A DNA stretch of 14,504 nt from a candidate division WOR-3 bacterium (GCA_039802265.1 JBDRWI010000059.1:1-14504); one strand, 5' to 3'; counted from the first letter of the stretch, positions 1-8,543 are shown. Notes: generated by a model not told the origin, from the sequence alone. A program made the numbers and translations.

Positions 1-59
1 AAATCTAATAGTATTTTTATTTGGTCATCTGTGAACCGTTTATGGAGTTGCTTACCCAT
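1..59 (-). CDS. 5' end of a probable transposase/integrase (IS481/ISNCY-like), running off the left edge
   Basis: Minus strand reads AAAGGAGAATT-ATG (ATG = complement of 57-59), then open to the edge: MGKQLHKRFTDDQIKILLD. This resembles, from memory, the 'QLHK(K/R)FTDxQVK' N-terminus of DDE transposases in uncultured lineages. Only 19 codons are visible. Confidence 0.55.
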   Translation of the reverse strand, partial: MGKQLHKRFTDDQIKILLD

Positions 60-142
60 AATTCTCCTTTCAGCACTTTTCATCGTGCTAAAAGGTATAT
101 CCATCAGGTATTTACCAGTCCACTTTTGATTTTTACCTAACA
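1..142 (-). mobile_element. Probable left end of an insertion sequence
   Basis: Minus strand from 142 begins TGTTAGGTAAAAATCAAAAGTGGAC (5'-TGT terminus as in IS481-type elements), 83 nt upstream of the transposase-like ATG. The partner end is outside the window. Confidence 0.45.
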
Positions 143-158
143 CGTTTGCAATCGAGGC

Positions 159-186
159 TTGACAAAGTAGAAAAAGTGAATATAAT
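159..186 (+). promoter_or_regulatory. sigma70-type promoter for the clostripain gene
   Basis: Exact TTGACA (159-164), 16 bp spacer, exact TATAAT (181-186). G-rich RBS (AAAGGGGG) precedes ATG 208. Confidence 0.8.
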
Positions 187-207
187 TAAGTATAGAAAGG
201 GGGTTTT

Positions 208-3030
208 ATGCGCTGGATATACTTAAGTCTTTTATTAGCGTTGTTATTTCCCTTGACTGCTACCACCATCTTCTCCGATGATATGACCAACTTCCCCACA
301 AACTGGACACTATCCGGTACATCCGGACAATACTGGACAAAGAGTTCTGCCCGGTATTACTCTCCTTCATATTCTGCAAAATGCACACCAAATGCAACTT
401 ATTCAAATAATGTTGATGTCTATATGGAAAGGTCATTCAGCCTTTCGGGTTACTCATCCGCAACATTAACCTTCTATATCTGGCAATACACCGAGGCCAA
501 TTATGACTTTGTCTATGTTCAATACTATACTACATCGTGGACAACTGCCTGGAGCAGAAGCGGCTCTTACCAGTCCTGGCAACAGATTTCAGTGAATATT
601 CCCACCAATGCAACAAAGATAAGATTCTGGTTCCATTCTGACTATAGTGTAACATACGAGGGCGCCTATATTGATAATGTTGTCCTTGATGCTACTGGTA
701 GTGGCACAACACAGAATGACGCAGGGAGTGGTGGGGATGCGGGGAATACCTTTGAGACCGCCTTATTAATTAATCCGGGTAATTATACCGGATATATGGA
801 TGGTTCAGACCGTGATGACTTTTATAAGTTCAATGTAACATCAGGGCAGGTAATTAAGGTAAAACTAACCCCTCCATCTTCTGCCGACTTTGACCTCTAT
901 CTATACAACCCATCAAATGTACAAAAGGCATCTTCGCTCAATGGCACGGGTCAGGTTGACTCGGTTACTTTCACCGCGGATGCCACCGGGCAGTGGCGGG
1001 CAAGGATGTATGAGTATTCAGGTTCAGGCACATATTCATTCAGCGTAACACTATCAAGCGGCGGTGGTGGCACAACCAAAGAGTGGACAATAATGGTCTT
1101 TATGAATGCTGATAATAATCTTGAAACATACGGAATCCAGGATTTTAATGAAATGGAGGCCGGCGGTGGTTCAAATTCCAATCGTAATGTTGTGGTTCAG
1201 ATTGACCGAATTCCTGGTTATGACAATTCAAACGGCGACTGGACTGGCTGTAGAAGATATTATGTTACATCGGACAACAATTCCACCACCATAAATTCTA
1301 CTTTGATTCAGGACCTTGGTGAGGTTGATATGGGTTCACCCACAACGCTTGTCCAATTCGTCCAGTGGGCAAAACAGAACTATCCGGCAAATAAGTATTT
1401 CCTTGTATTGTGGGACCACGGCGATGGGTGGTATCTTGCCAATCAACCAACCGATGCGATCCTCTTCAGGGGCTTTTCAAATGATGAAACCTCCGGAAAT
1501 GCGATTGATGTAGCAAATGGCGAGTTAAATAGTGCCCTTTCCCAGATAAAAACCACACTGGGAAAGAATATTGACTTAATTGGCTGGGACGCCTGTTTGA
1601 TGGGTATGTGGGAGGTAATGGATATTACAAAAAACTATGCAAATATCTTGATCAGTTCTGAAGAAACCGAAGGTGCTGCGGGCTGGTACTATACAAGTTT
1701 TTTAAATGACCTTAATAATAATCCGACGATGTCCGCACTTGATTTAGGCAAGGCAGTTGTCAACGGAACCTCAGGACAGTCAACCCTTGATGTTACAGAC
1801 CTTAGCCAGATTGCCAATTTAACCACAAAGATTGACGCCTTTGCTAATCAATTGATCCAGGCAAGGGCACAGGGGTATTCAAGCACAATCCAGACCGCAA
1901 GGAATAACACAAAACAGTTTTACTTGACTGCCCACATTGACCTCTATGATTTTGCCGATAAGATCTACAATTCAACGAGTCTGCCTGCTGCACTAAGAAA
2001 TGCCGCAACCGATGTCAAGAATGCAATCTTGAATGCGGTGAAGCTCTATAAAAATTCTTCAAGTTATTCTATGTGCCGGGGTGTCGCTATCTACCATCCA
2101 TCATCATCCTCAGGATATAACAGTTCCTATAACAGCCTGCCCATCACCTCAACAAAATGGGATGAGTATCTAAAGGGCGAATCCGGCGGTGGGGTTGATT
2201 ATACTGTCTCTCAGGTTACCTACTCTTGGGTCAGCACCTCCACCGCAACCGGAATCACTGGTGATGACCAGTCAAAGAACTTTACCCTTCCCTTCTCATT
2301 CAGCTTCTATGGCACAAGTTATAGTTCAGTAAATATCTGCTCTAACGGCTTTCTGTCATTTACCTCAACATCAACCGCATATAATCCTGCAACCATTCCC
2401 AATACTGCAGAACCCAATGCCCTTATTGCCCCTTTCTGGCGCGATCTAAACCCTGCCGGAGGTGGCACGATTACCTACTATTCAGGTTCTGATAAGTTTG
2501 TTGTTACCTGGAATTCGGTGAAGAACTATTCCAATTCCAATACCCAGACCTTTGAGGTAATTCTATATCCCAATGGTGAGATTGTATTCCAGTATAACTC
2601 AGTGACTAATGATGTAACGACGAGCCGGGGTATTGAAAATCAATCTGGGTCTTCAGGTAAGACAATCAATGCACCATCAAATGGAACTGCCTGGAAATTC
2701 ACACCAACAACTGGCTTCTATGACCAGGCAAACAGTGGTGATATGAGGATTCCAAAAGATTTATTAGGTGATAGATTAATCGTTTCTTATCCTAATCCTG
2801 CTTCTAACACACCTGTCCACTTTACTTACCGGTTAAACACAATTTCCGATGTAAAGATAAAAATCTTCAATGCACTGGGTCAGAATATATACACAATTGA
2901 TGAAGGAAGAAAAAAACCCGGTATTTATACAGCGACCTGGAATTATGAGAATCTTCCTGTTGGTATTTACTTCTATACATTCACAAGCGAAGGAGAAACA
3001 ATTAACGAGAAGATAATTATCTTGAAGTAG
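208..3030 (+). CDS. Secreted multidomain clostripain-family (C11) cysteine peptidase with T9SS-type CTD
   Basis: Signal peptide; jelly-roll/MAM-like domain (IRFWFHSDYSVTYEGAYIDNV); PPC-like domain (DDFYKF...ADFDLYLY); clostripain core (WTIMVFMNADNNLE, MGSPTTLVQFVQWAKQNYPA, WDHGDGW His404, DACLM Cys463); NIDO-like domain (LPFSFSFYG...SNGFLSF...IAPFWRDL); CTD (YPNP...IFNALG...LPVGIYFY...EKIIILK). Confidence 0.9.
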   Translation: MRWIYLSLLLALLFPLTATTIFSDDMTNFPTNWTLSGTSGQYWTKSSARYYSPSYSAKCTPNATYSNNVDVYMERSFSLSGYSSATLTFYIWQYTEANYDFVYVQYYTTSWTTAWSRSGSYQSWQQISVNIPTNATKIRFWFHSDYSVTYEGAYIDNVVLDATGSGTTQNDAGSGGDAGNTFETALLINPGNYTGYMDGSDRDDFYKFNVTSGQVIKVKLTPPSSADFDLYLYNPSNVQKASSLNGTGQVDSVTFTADATGQWRARMYEYSGSGTYSFSVTLSSGGGGTTKEWTIMVFMNADNNLETYGIQDFNEMEAGGGSNSNRNVVVQIDRIPGYDNSNGDWTGCRRYYVTSDNNSTTINSTLIQDLGEVDMGSPTTLVQFVQWAKQNYPANKYFLVLWDHGDGWYLANQPTDAILFRGFSNDETSGNAIDVANGELNSALSQIKTTLGKNIDLIGWDACLMGMWEVMDITKNYANILISSEETEGAAGWYYTSFLNDLNNNPTMSALDLGKAVVNGTSGQSTLDVTDLSQIANLTTKIDAFANQLIQARAQGYSSTIQTARNNTKQFYLTAHIDLYDFADKIYNSTSLPAALRNAATDVKNAILNAVKLYKNSSSYSMCRGVAIYHPSSSSGYNSSYNSLPITSTKWDEYLKGESGGGVDYTVSQVTYSWVSTSTATGITGDDQSKNFTLPFSFSFYGTSYSSVNICSNGFLSFTSTSTAYNPATIPNTAEPNALIAPFWRDLNPAGGGTITYYSGSDKFVVTWNSVKNYSNSNTQTFEVILYPNGEIVFQYNSVTNDVTTSRGIENQSGSSGKTINAPSNGTAWKFTPTTGFYDQANSGDMRIPKDLLGDRLIVSYPNPASNTPVHFTYRLNTISDVKIKIFNALGQNIYTIDEGRKKPGIYTATWNYENLPVGIYFYTFTSEGETINEKIIILK

Positions 3031-3188
3031 AAAGAACTTCAGAATATAGTTAAAACCAGAAAGGCTTATGGTAATGCGAAAAAGGAATAAAAATGTTGAT
3101 TAGAAAAAGGGCTATAAGATTGATTGGTGATTTCAAAAATGCAGTTGTACCATTTATTGTAATTAAAATATTATTAAATTTCGTAAGT

Positions 3189-3279
3189 TTTATCCTCCCC
3201 CTTGATGGGGGAGGATAAAGGTGGGGGGTGAAAGAATAATTACCCCTCTACCTTACCCTCTCCCAGCAAGGGAGAGGGA
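3189..3279. repeat. Composite palindromic intergenic (REP-like) element
   Basis: Perfect 13-bp stem TTTATCCTCCCCC/GGGGGAGGATAAA (3189-3219) and 9-bp stem CCCTCTCCC/GGGAGAGGG (3256-3278), joined by imperfectly complementary arms. Confidence 0.75.
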
Positions 3280-3299
3280 TTTGATATATCCGAGGAGGA

Positions 3300-4118
3300 A
3301 TGATGAAGGGGAGTATCTATGTGGCGGGGATTTTATTGGTGTTATTCTACTTTGCACCAGCCCAGGAGTATGAAATCATAAGGACAAAACTTACGGGTAC
3401 CGGTGTTCAGGCAGACTCAGCGTGGTGGATTACTGGATTCCAAAACGAAACCGATGGCGAGTATGTCTATTTAAGACCAATCCGTCAGGGTGGAGTCTTG
3501 CTCCAGCCAATATTTAAGAGCAGATTGGCAGGGATCGGAGTAGATGCCTTTATTACCTCCGGTGACACGCTCGTCGGATTTTCAACCTCAGGACCTGATG
3601 CCAATGGTTATGTATATCTAAATGCCATAATGAAAAGTGGTGCGACTCAGGCAATCTTTAGAAGCAAATTAGAAGGGTGTGATGTGCAGGATGTTAGTCC
3701 GGTTGCCGGGCAGTGGATAAACGAATTCAGAACATCCGGTCCTGACCCCGATGGCTATGTCTATCTCAAGGTAGTACGTAAAACAATTGGCATAGAAGAA
3801 GAGAAGAGAAAAGACAGTGAGATGGCTTTGAATGGTTTTACATTCGCCCTGAATAGCCCCGCACCAAATCCATTTATAAACAAGACCAGAATATCATATT
3901 CAATTGCCAAACCCTGTAAAGTGGAGATAAAGGTTTTTGATATAACGGGTAGAGTGGTCAAGACCTTAATAAACAAAAATTCGCAAAATCCAAATGTTTA
4001 TACTATTTTGTGGAATGGAGAAGATAACGAGGGGCGCAGATTGAATTCAGGTATATTTTTTATCAGGATGAAGGCGGGTGATTTCTCTGCGACAAAAAAG
4101 GTGATGTTGTTGAAGTAA
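3300..4118 (+). CDS. Secreted triple-repeat protein with T9SS/FlgD-type CTD ('adapter' 1); paralogue of 9732..10523
   Basis: RBS GAGGAGG (ATG 3303 is better spaced than 3300); signal peptide; three ~45-50 aa repeats each ending YVYL; GIEE linker; CTD (APNPF...VFDITGRVVKTL...WNGEDNEG...SGIFF...TKKVMLLK). Confidence 0.85.
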   Translation: MMKGSIYVAGILLVLFYFAPAQEYEIIRTKLTGTGVQADSAWWITGFQNETDGEYVYLRPIRQGGVLLQPIFKSRLAGIGVDAFITSGDTLVGFSTSGPDANGYVYLNAIMKSGATQAIFRSKLEGCDVQDVSPVAGQWINEFRTSGPDPDGYVYLKVVRKTIGIEEEKRKDSEMALNGFTFALNSPAPNPFINKTRISYSIAKPCKVEIKVFDITGRVVKTLINKNSQNPNVYTILWNGEDNEGRRLNSGIFFIRMKAGDFSATKKVMLLK

Positions 4119-4131
4119 AAATGGGGGAACA

Positions 4132-6441
4132 ATGAGCAAATACATTAAAACTTTAATCATTGGTTGCCTTTTGGTAAATTTGTTATATGCCCCTTCTGAT
4201 ATCACTAAGAAAGGGAATGAAGCGGCGGTCTCCAAGGAGATAGGCGAACAGGGCCGTGCCTGGCTTGAGGCACAAAGGGGCTGGATTGAATCCGGTACCA
4301 ATTTCTATCCCTACAGCACCGGTATAAATGTTGGTATTGGCACAACCTCACCGGCGTACAAACTTGATGTCGCAGGCAATTCAAGAATACAGGGTAATTT
4401 ATATATAAACTCATGGCCGATAAGTGTCACATCTGCACCCCCGGTTGGTTATGTCTTAAAATGGAATGGGGCTGCGTTTATTCCCTCAATAGATGAAAAT
4501 AGTGGTGGAAATGTAAGTGGCTCAGGCTCACCAACCCAGATTGCATTCTGGACAGGAACATATACGATTAGCGGTGATAATAATTTATGGTGGGATAATA
4601 CAAATAAGAGACTCGGGATAGGAATAAGTGCACCAAATTGCAATTTACATGTTGTTGGCAAAGGGAGGGTTATATACACTCCTGCTACAAATGATACTGC
4701 ATTTGTTGGAAAAACAAGTGGCACTGAGGCAAGAAGGGGAGTCTATGGTGAATGCAATGCCTATGATGGTGCCGGGGTTGGTGTTACCGGCGTTGGTGGC
4801 TTCTTTGGAACCGCCGCATGGTATGCACAAAGTAATGGAAGTGTTGGTGGTGTCCTGGGAACCTACTGGGGTGAAGGTGTCTGGGGACTTTCTGATGCGA
4901 CCTATTATGGATATACCGGAGTCCTTGGCGAAGGCTGGAATGGTGCAGCAGGGGTGACCGGATGTGCCAATGGACTCTGGATGTACTATGCTGGTGCCGG
5001 GGTTGGTGGCTTCAGCACCGATGTCGGAACATTCGGCTATGGAGATGCAACATCATTGAGTTTCGGCGTCTGGGGGAGGAGCGATGCTACAGATGGTATC
5101 GGCACTTATGGTAGTAGTGCTGGTGCTACAATCTATACTCCGCCTGCTGGTCAGGATGCTGGACTTTTTTCAGCAGGTCAATACTATGGACTTTATGGTA
5201 TGGCACAGAGGAATACCGATTATGGAATTGGGGTTGTTGGCCTTGGCTTCAACACAACAACCTTGACCTATGTGAATGGTGCGGGTGTGGTTGGATGTGG
5301 CAATGTTGGTGTTGCGGGTTGTAAGGATCAGTATACCTACGGAATCCTTGGCTATACTACAACCCAGGCAAACTATTTTTATCATAATGAACAGTCAACA
5401 ACCGACCAGCAGTCTGCAATCTATGCCTATAGAACAAGGTCTGCCCAGAACGACGGAACTGGTTATGGTGTCTATTATACGAATCAGGCAATTCAGGGCG
5501 CTAATTTTTGGGGCGATGTGTATACATTCGGAATATCCGGTCATAACTATAATGATTATACCCGGTGTGGTGGTGTGCTTGGTGCACAGTGGGGTGGTAC
5601 ATACTGGGGTTCTCTCGGTTATAAAAGTTCAGCAAGTTTGACCTATGGTGGTTATTTTACGAGCCATACCGATGGCTCGGGCAAGCAGGGAATTGGAATC
5701 GGTTCCTATGGTGATTTAATGGGTGGCTGGATTAAGGGTGATGAATATGGTTTATATACCGCAGGCAGACGCTGTGGTATTTATGTTGATGGAAATGGAT
5801 ATGCAAGGGGTTATCTCGCAACAATCCACGAGGAGAATAATCAGGTTGATGTCCTCTATGCCCTGACCGGCACCTCGGTTAATGTTCTTACCTATGGTAG
5901 GAGCAGACTGACGAATGGCAATGCGGTAATAAATTTTGATGAGAGTTTCAGAAGCGCGGTCTCCGAAAGAGAGCCGGTCACGGTGATTATAACGCCAATC
6001 GGAGATGGTAATGAGATCCGTCTATCAAATATTTCCAAAAATGGCTTTGTGGCATTTGAATCTAATGGTGGCAGGTCAAATAATGAATTCTGCTGGATTG
6101 CGATTGGCAAGAGAAAGGGTTATGAAGATATTCAGGTTCCTGAAGAAATAATCAAATCTGATTTTGATGATAATATGGCTCAGGTTGCATTTGATGAAAA
6201 TAATCTCAGTGGTAGTGCAAAGGGGATGTGGTATGATGGAACTTCTTTAAGATTTGGCAAACCACCAGCCGCACCGGTTAAAAAACCCCCAGAATCTGCA
6301 AATTTTGCCAAAATAACGGAACTCCAGAAGTTAACAAAGAAACTTGAGAATTTAAAGAAAGATATAAAGAGACTGGAAAGGGATATTAAAAGAAGTATAA
6401 GCGATGCCGAAAAGTCGGATGTAGCAAAAAGGAGTAAATAA
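4132..6441 (+). CDS. Secreted Gly-rich tail-fibre/adhesin-like protein ('fibre' 1) with C-terminal coiled coil and no CTD
   Basis: Signal-like N-terminus; NVGIGTTSPAYKLDVAG and RLGIGISAPNCNLHVVG fibre-type motifs; long GVxG-type Gly/aromatic repeats; C-terminal domain shared with 8633..9688; heptad segment LQKLTKKLENLKKDIKRLERDIKRSI. Confidence 0.8.
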   Translation: MSKYIKTLIIGCLLVNLLYAPSDITKKGNEAAVSKEIGEQGRAWLEAQRGWIESGTNFYPYSTGINVGIGTTSPAYKLDVAGNSRIQGNLYINSWPISVTSAPPVGYVLKWNGAAFIPSIDENSGGNVSGSGSPTQIAFWTGTYTISGDNNLWWDNTNKRLGIGISAPNCNLHVVGKGRVIYTPATNDTAFVGKTSGTEARRGVYGECNAYDGAGVGVTGVGGFFGTAAWYAQSNGSVGGVLGTYWGEGVWGLSDATYYGYTGVLGEGWNGAAGVTGCANGLWMYYAGAGVGGFSTDVGTFGYGDATSLSFGVWGRSDATDGIGTYGSSAGATIYTPPAGQDAGLFSAGQYYGLYGMAQRNTDYGIGVVGLGFNTTTLTYVNGAGVVGCGNVGVAGCKDQYTYGILGYTTTQANYFYHNEQSTTDQQSAIYAYRTRSAQNDGTGYGVYYTNQAIQGANFWGDVYTFGISGHNYNDYTRCGGVLGAQWGGTYWGSLGYKSSASLTYGGYFTSHTDGSGKQGIGIGSYGDLMGGWIKGDEYGLYTAGRRCGIYVDGNGYARGYLATIHEENNQVDVLYALTGTSVNVLTYGRSRLTNGNAVINFDESFRSAVSEREPVTVIITPIGDGNEIRLSNISKNGFVAFESNGGRSNNEFCWIAIGKRKGYEDIQVPEEIIKSDFDDNMAQVAFDENNLSGSAKGMWYDGTSLRFGKPPAAPVKKPPESANFAKITELQKLTKKLENLKKDIKRLERDIKRSISDAEKSDVAKRSK

Positions 6442-6459
6442 AAAAGATTAATCAGAGAA

Positions 6460-6518
6460 ATGCAGGTTTTAACTGCGGACAAATTTCTATTCAGGTATCC
6501 GCAGGCTTTAACCTGCAT
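6460..6518. repeat. Imperfect inverted repeat (degenerate REP pair or RNA hairpin)
   Basis: ATGCAGGTTTTAACTGCGGA (6460-6479) is complementary to TCCGCAGGCTTTAACCTGCAT (6498-6518) apart from the central mismatches. No U-tract follows. Confidence 0.6.
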
Positions 6519-6560
6519 ACAATAAGAATAGTGTCTTGCTCGTAAAAGGAGGTGGTGGTT

Positions 6561-8543
6561 ATGTTTGTTCCAATCTTATGTTTTGTTATATCAATTTCGG
6601 GTCAGATACCAGAAGAGAGCCATTCGGGCTCAATCACCTTCTTCGTACGGGGTATAGATAATGGTTATGGAATTCAGACTGATGTAGAGGTCTATAAAGA
6701 TCATCAACTGTTCTCATCACTGAAGACCGATGAGGGAGGGTATCTGGTCTTCAGAAACATTCCCTACAAATACGAATTCATATTCTCGGCATCGGGCTAC
6801 GATAGATTAAAGACATCTTTTGTAATTGAAAAGGGAAAAGACCTTGAAGTCTGGATTCATCTCACACCAGCGGAATATAAGATTCCAGCAATACCCGAGC
6901 CATTAAAGGGGTATGCTAAAGAAGATGTGGTCTTGTTATATGGATATGTTGTTGACAGAACTTCCGGCAAACCAATAACTGGGGTAAGGATAAAGACTGA
7001 AAAGTCAAAACTCCAGACCGGTAGTGATTCTGAAGGCTTCTATTACCTTTTACTCCCAACCTCCGATTTTTCGCCAGAATTGCCTCCATTAAGCGAAATA
7101 ATCATTTTTGAAATTGAAGGTTATAAAACTTACCAATGTAATAAGCCGCTAATCGCTGGCATCTGTCTTTTAAATGTGAGTATGGAAAAAGGAACTGGAA
7201 TTATTGAAATGGACGACAAACAGGGTATCTATTCAGACAAACCCGAAGGGATAAATAGAATTGACAAACAAGATGACTGTCCAAATTGTAAAAGAAACAA
7301 TTATCAGAGCATTATCGCGGAAACCCGGGCGGTTTATCTTGACCCGCCACCAATAATCCGTGTTGGAACAAACTGCACTGGCTATAACTGTTCAAGTGTT
7401 GAGGTGATGACCCTTGAGGCCTATGTGCGCAGTGGCATAGACGATGAATGGATTGCCAGCTGGCACTATAATTCACTTCGTGCCGGCGCAGTCCCCTATC
7501 GCAGTTATGGTGCCTGGTATGTCTATCATCCAATTGCCCAGAATTATGACATTACCAACAATACCTACTGTCAGGTGTGGAACCCTGACCAGTATCAGAG
7601 TTGTATAAATGCGGCGATATATACCTCAGGGATAATGATTGAGTATAACAGTGCAGTTGCCCGTTCCGAATATTCGGCTGAGAATAATGATTGTGGTTGT
7701 GGTAATGGCTATTCAGGAACCGGCTCTACCTGGCCCTGTATCAGTGATAATGTCTGTTCTGGGCAGAGTTGTTATGGACATGGCAGGGGTATGTGCCAGT
7801 GGGGTTCGCAGCGATGGGCAAATAATCAAGGCTATAGCTGGTACTGGATAAACAACCACTACTATAATCCAGGTTCATATTATCTATCCACACCAATGTA
7901 TATTACCAATGCCTGGCCCAGCCCGAATAATATCGCCCCTACCGAGACATTTACTATCTATCTTAATACCTATAATGGTGCTGAGGATAACCATCCTAAT
8001 ATAATGATTGGCGCCTCATTATATAATGGTAATTACTACAGCGACCCAGCAAATGACAAAAAGGTTACCATAAATATCGGCAACGATTCAGAATCCCGAA
8101 TTTTTGTCGTTCCAGCAGGTACTCCTTTTGGCACCTATGACCTCCTTGTCGCCTTATGGTTTGATGTGGATGAAAATAATCAGATAAACAGTGGAGACTT
8201 TCCCCTTTATCTTACCACGCTCTATGATGCGATAACCATCTCACCCGAAGCAATTACTGAAGTATCTCAACATCCCATTCCTGGACGATATTCCCTTAAA
8301 ATCTTGCCCAATCCTATGTTACACTCGGGAAAAATAGAATACGCGGTTGTGAATGGTGGAAATGTCTCAATAGACCTGTTTGATTTGAACGGCAGAAGAT
8401 TAAAGAGATTGATAAATAAGACCCAAAATCCGGGTAATTATGAGATTATCCTTGATGCTTCAGAACTACCAAAATCGGTCTATTTCATTGAATTCACCAC
8501 CGAGGATTATCGGGAGATAAAGAAGTTGGTGAAGATAAGGTAG
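6561..8543 (+). CDS. SpoIID/LytB-domain protein with carboxypeptidase-regulatory-like beta-sandwiches and T9SS-type CTD
   Basis: AGGAGG at 6547-6552 favours ATG 6561 over GTG 6552. Prealbumin-like domains (TDEGGY...SASGY; GYVVDRTSGKPITGVRI...SDSEGFY); SpoIID motifs LEAYVRSGIDDEW, SLRAGAVPYRSY, YCQVW, GHGRGMCQWGS, INNHYY; CTD LPNP...LFDLNGR...IKKLVKIR. Confidence 0.85.
   Translation: MFVPILCFVISISGQIPEESHSGSITFFVRGIDNGYGIQTDVEVYKDHQLFSSLKTDEGGYLVFRNIPYKYEFIFSASGYDRLKTSFVIEKGKDLEVWIHLTPAEYKIPAIPEPLKGYAKEDVVLLYGYVVDRTSGKPITGVRIKTEKSKLQTGSDSEGFYYLLLPTSDFSPELPPLSEIIIFEIEGYKTYQCNKPLIAGICLLNVSMEKGTGIIEMDDKQGIYSDKPEGINRIDKQDDCPNCKRNNYQSIIAETRAVYLDPPPIIRVGTNCTGYNCSSVEVMTLEAYVRSGIDDEWIASWHYNSLRAGAVPYRSYGAWYVYHPIAQNYDITNNTYCQVWNPDQYQSCINAAIYTSGIMIEYNSAVARSEYSAENNDCGCGNGYSGTGSTWPCISDNVCSGQSCYGHGRGMCQWGSQRWANNQGYSWYWINNHYYNPGSYYLSTPMYITNAWPSPNNIAPTETFTIYLNTYNGAEDNHPNIMIGASLYNGNYYSDPANDKKVTINIGNDSESRIFVVPAGTPFGTYDLLVALWFDVDENNQINSGDFPLYLTTLYDAITISPEAITEVSQHPIPGRYSLKILPNPMLHSGKIEYAVVNGGNVSIDLFDLNGRRLKRLINKTQNPGNYEIILDASELPKSVYFIEFTTEDYREIKKLVKIR

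Noticed and set aside
3189..3219. Rho-independent terminator for the clostripain gene
   Set aside because: No U-tract follows on the + strand, and the hairpin is part of a larger composite repeat.
7278..7292. CPNCK as a heme-binding or redox motif
   Set aside because: It lacks the His of CxxCH and sits in a linker with no thioredoxin context.
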